Source: Candidatus Dojkabacteria bacterium (GTDB lineage: Bacteria; Patescibacteriota; Dojkabacteria; J137). From it: a stretch of 64,000 nucleotides of DNA. The notes under the pieces were generated by a model that was given only the letters and a program-made list of their open reading frames with translations, was not told the DNA's origin and searched no databases. Shown here in pieces: positions 39,247 to 48,991 of the stretch. The position numbers and the translations under genes were made by a program. Positions within the stretch are counted from its first letter, which is position 1, and each line of letters starts with the position of its first letter. The stretch is from assembly GCA_025999215.1 (NCBI GenBank), contig AP024679.1, positions 165,645 through 229,644 of the forward strand. Reading direction: 5' to 3'.

Positions 39247-39859
39247 ATGGTAGACCTGACTGAAATAAGTGGTATCCCGATCAAGTTTAACGAAGAGACA
39301 CTTTGCATTGAGTTGGGTGAAGCGATTAGATGCAACTCTGAAATTCATGTTTCCATTGATGAAATTAATCCTGTTTTATTAAATAAATCTGTAAAATATC
39401 CTGAAAAAGTTTATAGGCACTATTCTGATGTTCTGAGTCATGACTTTAGAGGGAGCTTCAAATACAGATACGATATTTTTGTAATTCCTTATGGATTGTT
39501 GGGTATAGAGTATGTAAAAACTCATATTTTTTATGAAGATCCTTCCGATGGTAAATACGATTGCGTAGTGGAAGTTTTGAGTGGTACTTTAACTGTGATT
39601 CTTCAAAAAAATTTGGAATCTGACGAAGAAGATTTTTGGGTAGATGTTGAAGTTGAAAAAGTATACATAGTAGATCTTGATGCTGGGTGAACAAATGGTA
39701 ATTCCTACTGGTTATTATTATACTTTTGTAAATACTTCTTCTAAGCCTGTTGTTTTTTCAAAAATTAGATGTAAAAGTAAAAAACAGCTTAGACTATACG
39801 AGTATACAGAAAGAGCGTGGACTAGCGTTTTACTTAATTTCAAAAAATGCAAGAGTTGA
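39247..39859 (+). pseudogene. cupin-fold protein (cPGI-like barrel) split by a +1 frameshift at an in-frame TGA
   Basis: ORFs 39247..39690 and 39677..39859 together form one cupin barrel. VYIVDLDAG[TGA] is followed, one nucleotide later, by EQMVIPTGYYYTFVNTSSKPVVF, which resembles the cupin G-x-V-iP-gy-h-vNt-P-vF strand. The metal-binding His residues are absent, so the function is unclear. Confidence 0.3.
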
Positions 39860-40037
39860 GATTGTGCCTAATCCAAAATACAAAATTAAATTTCCAGCAA
39901 ACTATTTGAAACACAAAAAATTACTAAAAGAAAAAGAATTTTTTCTTGAGGAACTCCACAGGGAACGTAAACCCTTATTTCATCACTTTTCTGAAAAAAG
40001 AGAGTGGATTACTAATTGGATACATTCTCATCTTTAA
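39750..40037 (+). CDS. hypothetical basic protein (overlaps the cupin 3' segment in another frame; uncertain)
   Basis: The ORF fills the gap before the rhomboid gene. Confidence 0.2.
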   Translation: MFFQKLDVKVKNSLDYTSIQKERGLAFYLISKNARVEIVPNPKYKIKFPANYLKHKKLLKEKEFFLEELHRERKPLFHHFSEKREWITNWIHSHL

Positions 40038-40774
40038 GATATAATTTACATATGAAGCTTAATTTTTCTTTAAATAGTTTGAATGTTTTGATTTACATTA
40101 ACTTGTTTGTTTTTGTACTCGTTTATCTAGTTTTGATAACTTTAGGTCCACAGTCCATAGATTATGATTTAGATAGCAGAACATTAATTGGTGTATTAGA
40201 AATAAATAACGGGAGTATAAATAGCTTAGGAACTTTAATTACTTCTATTTTTCTACATATCAATATTTTGCACATTTTAATAAACATGTATTCATTATTT
40301 AAAGTCGGGGAAATAGTTTATAACTTATATGATGGTAAAAAATTATTCTTAACTTACGTAATAGGTGGATTGGGTGGAAGTTTAATGACTTTTGTGTATT
40401 ATTCATTGATAATAAAAGAGGATGTAAGTACGATTGGGGCAAGTGGCGCTATTTTTGCATTGGTTGGCTTGTTAGTTGGCGGAAGCTTGAAAAAGTATCG
40501 GTATGGTTATAATTTGCCAATAAATTTTCAAAATGTTTTGTTTGTTGCGCTAATGTCACTATCAATCGGATTAATACCAGGGTTAAATGTCAATAATTTG
40601 GCTCACATTGGAGGTTTTTTGACAGGCATTATAATAGGCCTTTTTTTAAAACATTCTCTAGGAACATATGAAACATTGTTTGAAAAAAAGCTGGTTAACT
40701 TTTTATACAAATTGAGTATTGTAATGGTAGTATTGGGATACACTATTGTTTTCTATGATGTTATAATTAGTTGA
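40016..40774 (+). CDS. rhomboid-family intramembrane serine protease
   Basis: GASGAIFALVGL (catalytic Ser motif) and AHIGGFLTGIIIG (catalytic His motif) sit in a 6-TM protein. Confidence 0.7.
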   Translation: MDTFSSLRYNLHMKLNFSLNSLNVLIYINLFVFVLVYLVLITLGPQSIDYDLDSRTLIGVLEINNGSINSLGTLITSIFLHINILHILINMYSLFKVGEIVYNLYDGKKLFLTYVIGGLGGSLMTFVYYSLIIKEDVSTIGASGAIFALVGLLVGGSLKKYRYGYNLPINFQNVLFVALMSLSIGLIPGLNVNNLAHIGGFLTGIIIGLFLKHSLGTYETLFEKKLVNFLYKLSIVMVVLGYTIVFYDVIIS

Positions 40775-41349
40775 TGACTATTCTTTTTTTAGGCTTATCT
40801 GGAAGTGGAAAGGATACACAAGCAGAATTGCTTGCCGAAAAACTGGGTAATGCTACTGTAATCTCCACAGGTGAAATTCTAAGACAAGTAGCAAAATCAG
40901 GGGAAGGAGAATTGGCAAATAAAATAAAAAGCTATTTGGACAAAGGGCTTTGGGTTCCTGATGAATTAGTGTACGAAATTTTAGGAAATCATTTAAAAAA
41001 AATAACCTATAAACATATTTTTTTGTCTGGCGCGGTGAGAACTTCTAGTCAAGTTGCACTACTTGATAATGAGCTTGAAAAATTACAAAGGCCTTTGGAA
41101 ATGGTGATTATTCTTGACGTAAGTCGGGAAGAAGTATTTAAGAGATTAATAGCCAGGGGCAGAAGTGATGATGAGGTGGAAATTATAGAAAATAGAATCA
41201 AAGAGTTTGAAAAAAACATTAGCCCCATACTTGAAATTTATGAAAAAAGAGGGATACTTTTTAGAGTAGATGGTAACAGAAGCATACAAGCTATCCACGA
41301 AGATATTCTAGATATTATAAAAAAGCACTATGACGTCAATTTTTCCTGA
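40771..41349 (+). CDS. adk: adenylate kinase-like nucleoside monophosphate kinase
   Basis: A P-loop (LFLGLSGSGKDTQAE), then an NMP-binding region (ISTGEILRQ) and a LID-like RGRSDD. Confidence 0.6.
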   Translation: MMTILFLGLSGSGKDTQAELLAEKLGNATVISTGEILRQVAKSGEGELANKIKSYLDKGLWVPDELVYEILGNHLKKITYKHIFLSGAVRTSSQVALLDNELEKLQRPLEMVIILDVSREEVFKRLIARGRSDDEVEIIENRIKEFEKNISPILEIYEKRGILFRVDGNRSIQAIHEDILDIIKKHYDVNFS

Positions 41350-43008
41350 AGGGTTAAAAATCTATTGGAGAATGTTGCGTGGTGCTTTGGGGGCAATAAT
41401 TTACCGAAACCCTTCCAAGAAATTAAAAATAATTGGTGTTACAGGAACTTCTGGAAAGTCAACAACAGCCAATATGATTTATCACATGCTTGATAATTCA
41501 GGCTTCAAAACCGGTGTAATTTCAACAGTTGGAGCAAGAGTTGGAGATGTAAGTGTAGACACGGGATTACATGTAACTACACCTAATCCAATAAATTTAC
41601 AAAAACTACTCAAAGTTATTGCACAAAAAGGCGCTGAATATGTGGTTATAGAAACATCATCTCAAGCTCTTGCCCAGAGAAGAATTTATCCAATTAAATT
41701 TGATTACGCTGTATTTACTAATATAACCAGAGATCATTTAGATTGGCATAAAACTTGGGAAAATTATGCAAGAGCAAAAGCTAGACTGATAGATTTATTA
41801 AGACCTAATGGAAGGGTGATTTTAAATAGAGATGACGACTCTTATAATTTTTTGGGTAAGTATGCCAAAGATTGTGGTAAAGAGGATCTAGTTGTTTCAT
41901 ATTCTAAAGCGTGAAATAAGCGAGTTAGAAGCTTCAAAATACGGTTTGAAGTTTAAATATAAGGGTAGAAATTTTGATATACCCATCATTGGTGAATACA
42001 ATGTGGAAAATCTTTTGGCGAGCATAACGCTAGGCGAGGTTATGGGAATTGATATCAACACCATCTCCCAGGCTCTAAATTCTTTCAAAGGGATTAAAGG
42101 GAGGATGGATGTTATTCAGGAAGATCCTTTTGTTGTAATTATTGACTTTGCTCACAATACTGATTCATTAGAAAACGCTTTAATGAATGCCAAAAATTTA
42201 GTTGAGAGAGGGTGGTAAGTTAATAACCGTCTTTAGTTCAGCAGGTCTCAGAGATAAGGAAAAGAGATACACCATGGGCGAAGTCGCTGGTAAAATTGCC
42301 GATATTGTTATAGCGACTATCGATGATCCAAGAACAGAGAAAGTTTATGATATAAATAATAGAATTGTTGAGGGGGCTAAGCAAAGCGGAATGACATTGA
42401 AGAAAAGGTTTGCTACAAGCGATGAATATAAAAGTTTTATAGTAAAAGAGGTTCCAAAAGATGAAAAAAATGTAGTTTATTCTTTTGATGAACAGTCTTT
42501 GCAAAACCGTTACGATGCTATAGATTTTGCGATTAAATTGGCGCAGGAAGGGGATGTGGTTTTGCTTGAAGGTAAAGGGCATGAGGTGAGTTTAGCTATC
42601 AACAAGGAGGAATTTCCATATAGTGAACATGAAGCTGCTTTGAAGATTTTGTCGGAAAATTTACAGAAATATGAATTAAAAATGATTAAATTTTCTCTTG
42701 AAAATTATGAAAAAATCAAAAGAAAAAACTTAAAAAGAACTTTGAGGTTAAAAGATGATAAAGAATTTGTCAAAAATGAAAGAGTAATTTTAGCAGTAAG
42801 GGATGGACAAGGTGTCGAGGAAGTAGGTGAAGCAATAATATTACAAGTTGCTGAGAAAAGAATTTCTGAACTTACAAAAAAAGATTTAAAAAGTTCAGAC
42901 TTTGAAACAGGTTCTTTGGAAGAATTTAGAAAGTTTTACGGAGATAGTGTAAAAAAAGATAGTATAGTAAAACTTATAGATTTTAAGGTGATAGAATTCT
43001 ATGAGTGA
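41330..43008 (+). pseudogene. Mur ligase family protein (MurE/MurF-like central and C-terminal domains) split into three ORFs by two frameshifts
   Basis: ORFs 41330..41914, 41892..42218 and 42202..43008 match, in order, the Mur middle domain (GVTGTSGKSTT, FTNITRDHLDWH), its continuation (GEYNVENLLA, DFAHNTDSLENAL) and the C-terminal domain (ITVFSSAGLRDKEKRYTMGEVAGKIADIVIAT). Confidence 0.65.
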
Positions 43009-44783
43009 TAAAGAAAATTTTATCAAAAGTAGTTTGGTGTTAGCGTTTAAAAATGCGTTTGATATTGATGTTAAACTTGAAAACATAGAGATTGAGCGTC
43101 CAAAAGATTTTAATCATGGTGATTATTCTTCTAATTGTGCACTAAAGTTTGCATCACAATTAAAGTTGCCACCTCAAGTTTTGGCAGAAAAATTAGTTAG
43201 TGTGTTAGATAAAAATGAGAAGTTTAAAAGAGTAGAGGTTGCTTCTCCTGGTTTTATTAATTTTTATTTATCTAATGAAAGTTTGTATAATACTCTCAAG
43301 AACGTAGACTCTAATTTTGGTAAATCTGACAAATTAAAAGGCAAGAAAATTTTAATTGAGCACACATCACCTAATCCCACCAAAGCTTACCACATTGGAC
43401 ATTTTAAAAATACGGTTACTGGTTTATCCATTTCATATTTGTTTGAAGCTATGGGAGCGTTAGTTTTTAGAGATTGTATTAATAACAATCGTGGAATAGC
43501 TATTTCTAAAATGATGTGGGGATATTTAACTTTTGGTCGAAAAGATGGAAAATTCTTTGATTTTGATATTAGATATTGGTATGAAAACAAAGATGAATGG
43601 ATGGTTCCCGAGTCAAATAAAAATTCTGGAAGATTTATAGCAAAATTTTATAACTTGGGAAGCAATGAATATGAGCAGAATGCAAAAGCAAAAGAAGAGA
43701 TGGAACAATTAGTAAGAGATTGGGAGGCAGAAGATGAAAAAGTTTGGGAACTCTGGAGAATTACTCAAAAATGGGTATGGGATGAGTATGAATATATTCT
43801 CAAAAGAGTGGGAGGTTGGAAGTTTGACAAAATATGGAACGAGCACGAAATTTATAAAATGGGTAAACAATTTGTAGAAGAAGGAGTAAGAAAAGGAATT
43901 TTTATAAAACTAGAAGACGGGGCAATTGTTTCAAATTTAAAAGAAGAGTTTGGTTTGCCAGATACTATTTTAATGAAAAGAGATGGCACATCTCTGTATA
44001 TTACTCAAGATATTGCTCTTACATACTTGAAGCGCAAAACTTTTGATCCTGATGAAATGAATTGGGTTATTGGTCCAGAACAGTCATTAGCCATGAAACA
44101 AATGTTTGCCGTTTGTTCTCAACTTGGTTTTGGAAAATTTGAAGATTTTCACCACATTCCGTATGGATTTATTTTGCTTAAAGGAGAGAAAGGTCCAATA
44201 AAAATGTCTTCTCGAAAAGGTAATGTATTGTACATGGAAGATTTGATTGAGCAGTCAAAAAAAGATCTGAAAAAGCACTTAAAATCAAATTTTAGTGAAG
44301 AAGAAGCTGATTTAATAACAGAAAAAATAGCTATAGGCGCATTGAAATATAGCTTACTGAAAGTTAATAGAACTCAAGATATGGTTTTTGATTATGAGAC
44401 AACTATTAATTTTGAAGGTGATTCAGGTCCGTATATTCTGTACACGTTTACCAGAGCTAGATCTGTTTTAAGTCAAGCTGAATGGTCAAAAAAATGATTT
44501 TGATCCAAAGTTTATTCATAATCTTGAAATAGATTTAGCAAGGTGGATTGAGCGTTTTCCTGAAATTGTAGCTAAAGCTACACTAAACTTGGCACCAAAC
44601 TATATCTGTGAGTATGTTTTTGAATTGGCACAAAAATTCAATTCATTTTATAACGAATTAAGTATTCTTAATGCACCAACTGCACAATCAAAGCAAACTA
44701 GATTACTTTTAACTCATGCTACTTCGATAGTTATTCAAAATGCTTTGAATCTTTTGGGTATTGAGACGGTGGAGAAGATGTAA
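43001..44783 (+). pseudogene. argS: arginyl-tRNA synthetase with a frameshift in an A7 homopolymer
   Basis: ORF 43001..44497 carries the Arg_tRNA_synt_N domain, the HIGH region (SPNPTKAYHIGH) and a MSSRKGN motif. ORF 44589..44783 is the DALR anticodon-binding C-terminus. Continuity is restored by reading A7 at 44488..44494 as A8 (…EWSKKNDFDPK…). Confidence 0.8.
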
Positions 44784-45987
44784 AGGCATAGTGCGAACAA
44801 ACTGCTACTAAAATTCCAAATTCCACCAAATTTATTATTGAACTCGTGTGTATTAAGCTTCGTAAAATCCATAAATTAGCGATTAAGAAACAAACATCTA
44901 TCAAATTATTTCTTCTAGCTTTACTGATTTTCAAACTAACTTTTAGCCAAAATAAGCAAAAAACAGCAAGTAAAATAAAACCTCCTACAAAAGCAATATC
45001 GAGAAAAAAATCGTGTGTTCTATCTAAAATTATTCCAGGTAATTTATCATTCGCTTTTAAAACAATGTGAAGAGTGTCTGGTCCACTTCCAAATAAAAAG
45101 AGTTTAAAATCGTTTAAATAAACCTCAAAAAAGGCTTTCCTGTACTCAAACCTAGAATAAAAACTTGCTCCAAGTGGTGAATTCATAAAAATTTTAAATA
45201 AGCTTTCATTGATCGATACAAAATTAAAACTAAAAAATATTAAAAGTGAAGCTACAGCTGTTGTGTACATTGACTCTCTAAAGTAGCGATAAAAAAATAT
45301 TACAAGCATACCAAATAATAAGACTAAAATAGCCCAAATTGAGTAAGATAAAATTATACAAAGCGATAAAATGAAAAGGGTCAGTATAGATAAGATTTTT
45401 AGTTTTAAATCTTTATAGAAAAAAACAAAATAAAATGAAAACAAACTTCCAATTAACATGTGCCCCGCAAAAAAATTTGACTGACCAAATGACCCAAAAA
45501 CATACATTCCATCTAATAGTTTTCTAAAGTGAGATTGAGAATTTAAAATGAAGTTTAAATTTTCTATTACAAAAGGAATTTGAAATAGTCCTGAAATAAT
45601 AAATGTCCAAATAATAGTTTTGTGGTAAATGTATAGATATTTTGAAGTTATGGTTAACGTAACTAAGATAACCGATATGGTTATAATGCCTTGTTTTCGG
45701 TAATTGCTACCTAGCAAAATAGTTTCTTGGTTTTGGTTTATAAAACCTACAAAAATTAAATATAAAACCAAAATTAAAATAAAGGCATGTTTAGTGGAGA
45801 GTTTAAAATTTGAAGTCAAAGAGTCAAAAATATAAAAAAGTAACATTACCAAACATAAAGCCACAACAAAATAAACTTTTGGTAATTCCCAACCAAAAGG
45901 TAAGTTTTGAGAATTATGGATAATCGGTCCTGCCAAAATTATGAGTATCCAAGGATAAATATAAAACACATCTTTTAGTTTATTCAT
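44731..45987 (-). CDS. polytopic membrane protein (O-antigen ligase/Wzy-like polymerase fold suspected)
   Basis: About 11 TM helices and a large loop. The gene is convergent with argS. Confidence 0.3.
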   Translation of the reverse strand: MNKLKDVFYIYPWILIILAGPIIHNSQNLPFGWELPKVYFVVALCLVMLLFYIFDSLTSNFKLSTKHAFILILVLYLIFVGFINQNQETILLGSNYRKQGIITISVILVTLTITSKYLYIYHKTIIWTFIISGLFQIPFVIENLNFILNSQSHFRKLLDGMYVFGSFGQSNFFAGHMLIGSLFSFYFVFFYKDLKLKILSILTLFILSLCIILSYSIWAILVLLFGMLVIFFYRYFRESMYTTAVASLLIFFSFNFVSINESLFKIFMNSPLGASFYSRFEYRKAFFEVYLNDFKLFLFGSGPDTLHIVLKANDKLPGIILDRTHDFFLDIAFVGGFILLAVFCLFWLKVSLKISKARRNNLIDVCFLIANLWILRSLIHTSSIINLVEFGILVAVCSHYAFTSSPPSQYPKDSKHFE

Positions 45988-46024
45988 AAATCATTATAAA
46001 TGTTAAATGCTATAATATTAATAG

Positions 46025-46098
46025 TGTTCCAGTAGCTCAATTGGATAGAGCATCACTTTGCGGAAGTGAAGGTTGCTGGTTCGAGTCCAGTCTGGAAC
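46025..46098 (+). tRNA. tRNA, anticodon loop UUGCGGA read as anticodon GCG (Arg)
   Basis: Acceptor GTTCCAG/CTGGAAC, D-arm GCTC-AATTGGATA-GAGC, anticodon stem TCACT/AGTGA, T-arm GCTGG-TTCGAGT-CCAGT. It is 74 nt with no encoded CCA. Confidence 0.7.
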
Positions 46099-46130
46099 AT
46101 TTAAAATATTTTTATATTAAATTAATCTAA

Positions 46131-46559
46131 ATGGTTGTAAAAGTAAAAAAGTTATCACCAGATGCTAATTTGCCAGAAAGAAAAACTAAAGGCTCAGTTG
46201 GTTTTGATATTTCTTGTGTGGAAACAACTGTTATTAAACCTGGCGAAACAAAATTATTAAAAACAGGAATTGCAATAGAAATTCCTGAAGGGACTGTCGG
46301 GTTAATATTTCCGCGAAGTTCCTTAGCTCTTAAGAACACACTAGATATGCCAAATTCTGTAGGAGTGATTGACTGCGATTACAGAGGTGAATGTATGGTT
46401 GCTTTAAGAAACTTAGGGAAAAATGATGTCGTAATAAACAAAGGAGAGAGAATTGCGCAATTTGTTTTTGTAAATTTTTTGGTTCCTCAAATATTAGAAA
46501 GTGAAGACCTCAGCGATACAGAAAGAGATCAAGGAGGTTTTGGATCAACAGGGGCTTAG
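46131..46559 (+). CDS. dut: dUTP diphosphatase
   Basis: GSVGFDI, IPEGTVGLIFPRSS, GVIDCDYRGE and RIAQ motifs. Confidence 0.85.
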   Translation: MVVKVKKLSPDANLPERKTKGSVGFDISCVETTVIKPGETKLLKTGIAIEIPEGTVGLIFPRSSLALKNTLDMPNSVGVIDCDYRGECMVALRNLGKNDVVINKGERIAQFVFVNFLVPQILESEDLSDTERDQGGFGSTGA

Positions 46560-47140
46560 TCTTTTTGTTTTTCTAGATATTCACTTTGAGTATATGCCCA
46601 TTCTTCAATGTAGTTTGTGATAGGTTTATATTTCCCGTGAATTAGGTTTGTAAAGATGTTGTAACCGATTTCTTCTTTGTCTCCATAATCAACATATTTT
46701 ATTAAATTAAAAAAAACATTCTCTTCGTCCTCAGGGTTCATTAGTAGAGATAGCGTTCTAACAATATCATTAGATACTTTTGGGTCCACTATTTCTAAGT
46801 TTAAAAAAAGTTTATTATTTTTTTCTGAAATCCAAAAATGTTTAATTTGGTTCCATTTGTACAATTTCCCAAAAGTTTTAATTCCAAGAGAAGTTATGGT
46901 ATGGGTTACTTTATCAGGTTTAACAGAAGCATGGGTAAACCACAAAAACACAAAAGATATTACAGCCAAGGTCAAAAAATATTGTTCGAGTATAACTGTG
47001 CAAAATATAATTGTTGTGAAGAAAAAAGAATAAATTACATACCAAGCTCTGCCTCTTGGTTCCCAATCTCTTTCTAGAGACGACCATGTATAAAGCTTGC
47101 TAAAAAATTGTTTTGGCCTAACCAGTTTTTTCTTTCTCAT
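46556..47140 (-). CDS. hypothetical membrane protein
   Basis: A 194-aa protein with 2 TM helices near the N-terminus. Confidence 0.35.
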   Translation of the reverse strand: MRKKKLVRPKQFFSKLYTWSSLERDWEPRGRAWYVIYSFFFTTIIFCTVILEQYFLTLAVISFVFLWFTHASVKPDKVTHTITSLGIKTFGKLYKWNQIKHFWISEKNNKLFLNLEIVDPKVSNDIVRTLSLLMNPEDEENVFFNLIKYVDYGDKEEIGYNIFTNLIHGKYKPITNYIEEWAYTQSEYLEKQKD

Positions 47141-47159
47141 TTTATAAAGTATACATTTT

Positions 47160-48962
47160 TTAAATTAACTTTAAAAGTAATTTTTTAGAAATAGAAATTA
47201 ACTTTAAAAGTAAGGTTATTACTTTTAAAAATATTAAAATTAAAGCAAAGAATAAAGAAGCGTGTAAAAATAATCCAGCTGTGTAGGAATATTTTGGCTG
47301 AATGTAATTATTGAGTCCTACAATTTCAAAGAAATTTTGACCAATTGTAGCAAAACTTTTTTTAATATAGTGAAAATAAGGCTTCGGTTGATCAAATTTT
47401 GTTAATAATTCTTCTGTTGATTGAATATTTGCACTATCAAAGTTTTCAATCGGGATGACTTCAAATTTTGGTACTTTTATTTCATCAATTGCCCCAAAAT
47501 ATTCCACAGCAATAGGTGAAGGTGTATTAGGTGATTGTGTTGAAACATAAAAATAAACATGGTTAAAATCACCACCAATTATTTCTCGTCCGTATTCTCC
47601 CCATGTGGTATCCACAGGAATCCACGAATTAAGAGCTGGAGCGTAAACGTCAGCCCATTGATGGAGAACATCTTTTTCAGGAAGTATGGGATTGTAACCA
47701 TATCCAAAAGCTCCTCTTGCAGGAATTTTTCTTGCCCTCATCAAAGCTATGAATAAATCAGAGTACTCCATGCATACAGCAGCACTTCCTTTGAGTGTAG
47801 CCACAGCGCCTTGTCTTTCATTTAAACCATATTTTTTAACTGTACTGTAGTCAATTTTATCTACAACAAACTCGTATGTTTTTTTGCTTATTTCGTAGAT
47901 ATCATCTGACGAAGTTATGGTTTTTGCTGCTTTTTGTATCTCTGGATCATTAGCTTCCCAAAATTCTACGCTTGTGGTTGCACTATTCAAAGATTGAGGA
48001 ATGTCATTCAATTTACCCCAGTTTGTAGAAATATCTCTTGCTTTTTCAAGAATTACAAAGCCTTCTATCTCTATTATGCCTTGTTCATTTGATGGTACTT
48101 TAAAACTTGCAATTAAATTCTCATCTTTATCTAGAAAAAACTGATCTGGTTCAATATTAAACTTACTGTAAAATACACTTTGTTTAATGTTTCCAACTTC
48201 AATGTCTCTTGGCAAGGGAAGAGTTAATTTATTGAAAAAATAGGGATTTTTTGAAGTTTTTGGGTACTCTTGTTTAATTGTAAATTTGTAGATTTGTTTT
48301 TCTCCAATCTGAATGTATGCAAGTTGACCAGTTGAATTTTGATATGGCTCAAGTACGAATGAAGTTTTTTCTTCTGTAATTTGGAAAAGAATAGATGTTG
48401 AGATTATGTCTCCGAGAGTTTTATCTATGAATATTTTATAAAAAAACTGATTATCAAAAATTTCATTTTCAAAGTTTGAAATTATAGGAACATAAACATC
48501 TAAGACTCTTCCTGACTTGATTACATAGTTTGGAATTTTATATTTGAGATTTATGGTGTAGTTAGAGTTTTTTGAAATTGTAGTTTTTATTTTGACATTG
48601 ATTTTTACTTCGGATGTTAAATTTTCAACTGTAAAATCTAACTGTGAGCCCAAATTATCTGTTACTTCAATAGAATCATAAAATGCTTTTTCATCAAGAT
48701 TTTGCACTTCACTCAAAAAAAGCGGAATCGTGAATGAATAAGTCGAATTTTTTGGAATTATTATATTTTGACTTGTATAAAATTGCGTTATTTGTGAAAT
48801 TTCTAGCCCATTAAGAGAAACTTCATAATTTATTATATTTTTAATTTGAAGTTCTTGAGCATTTACCTTACTGGTTAGAGAAAAAAGTAATAGAAAAAAA
48901 AGGAATATTTGTAAAAAAATTGTTTTAAATTTCATAAATAATTGTATATTAATACGAAGCAC
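47160..48962 (-). CDS. secreted protein with a transglutaminase-like cysteine-protease core domain
   Basis: A signal peptide, and GSAAVCMEYSDLFIALMRARKIPARGAFGY matching the G-C-efa-lf-allRa-GiPAR-v-Gy core. Confidence 0.55.
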   Translation of the reverse strand: MLRINIQLFMKFKTIFLQIFLFFLLLFSLTSKVNAQELQIKNIINYEVSLNGLEISQITQFYTSQNIIIPKNSTYSFTIPLFLSEVQNLDEKAFYDSIEVTDNLGSQLDFTVENLTSEVKINVKIKTTISKNSNYTINLKYKIPNYVIKSGRVLDVYVPIISNFENEIFDNQFFYKIFIDKTLGDIISTSILFQITEEKTSFVLEPYQNSTGQLAYIQIGEKQIYKFTIKQEYPKTSKNPYFFNKLTLPLPRDIEVGNIKQSVFYSKFNIEPDQFFLDKDENLIASFKVPSNEQGIIEIEGFVILEKARDISTNWGKLNDIPQSLNSATTSVEFWEANDPEIQKAAKTITSSDDIYEISKKTYEFVVDKIDYSTVKKYGLNERQGAVATLKGSAAVCMEYSDLFIALMRARKIPARGAFGYGYNPILPEKDVLHQWADVYAPALNSWIPVDTTWGEYGREIIGGDFNHVYFYVSTQSPNTPSPIAVEYFGAIDEIKVPKFEVIPIENFDSANIQSTEELLTKFDQPKPYFHYIKKSFATIGQNFFEIVGLNNYIQPKYSYTAGLFLHASLFFALILIFLKVITLLLKLISISKKLLLKLI

Positions 48963-48991
48963 ATAGGCAAACTTTATGCTACTATAGAATT

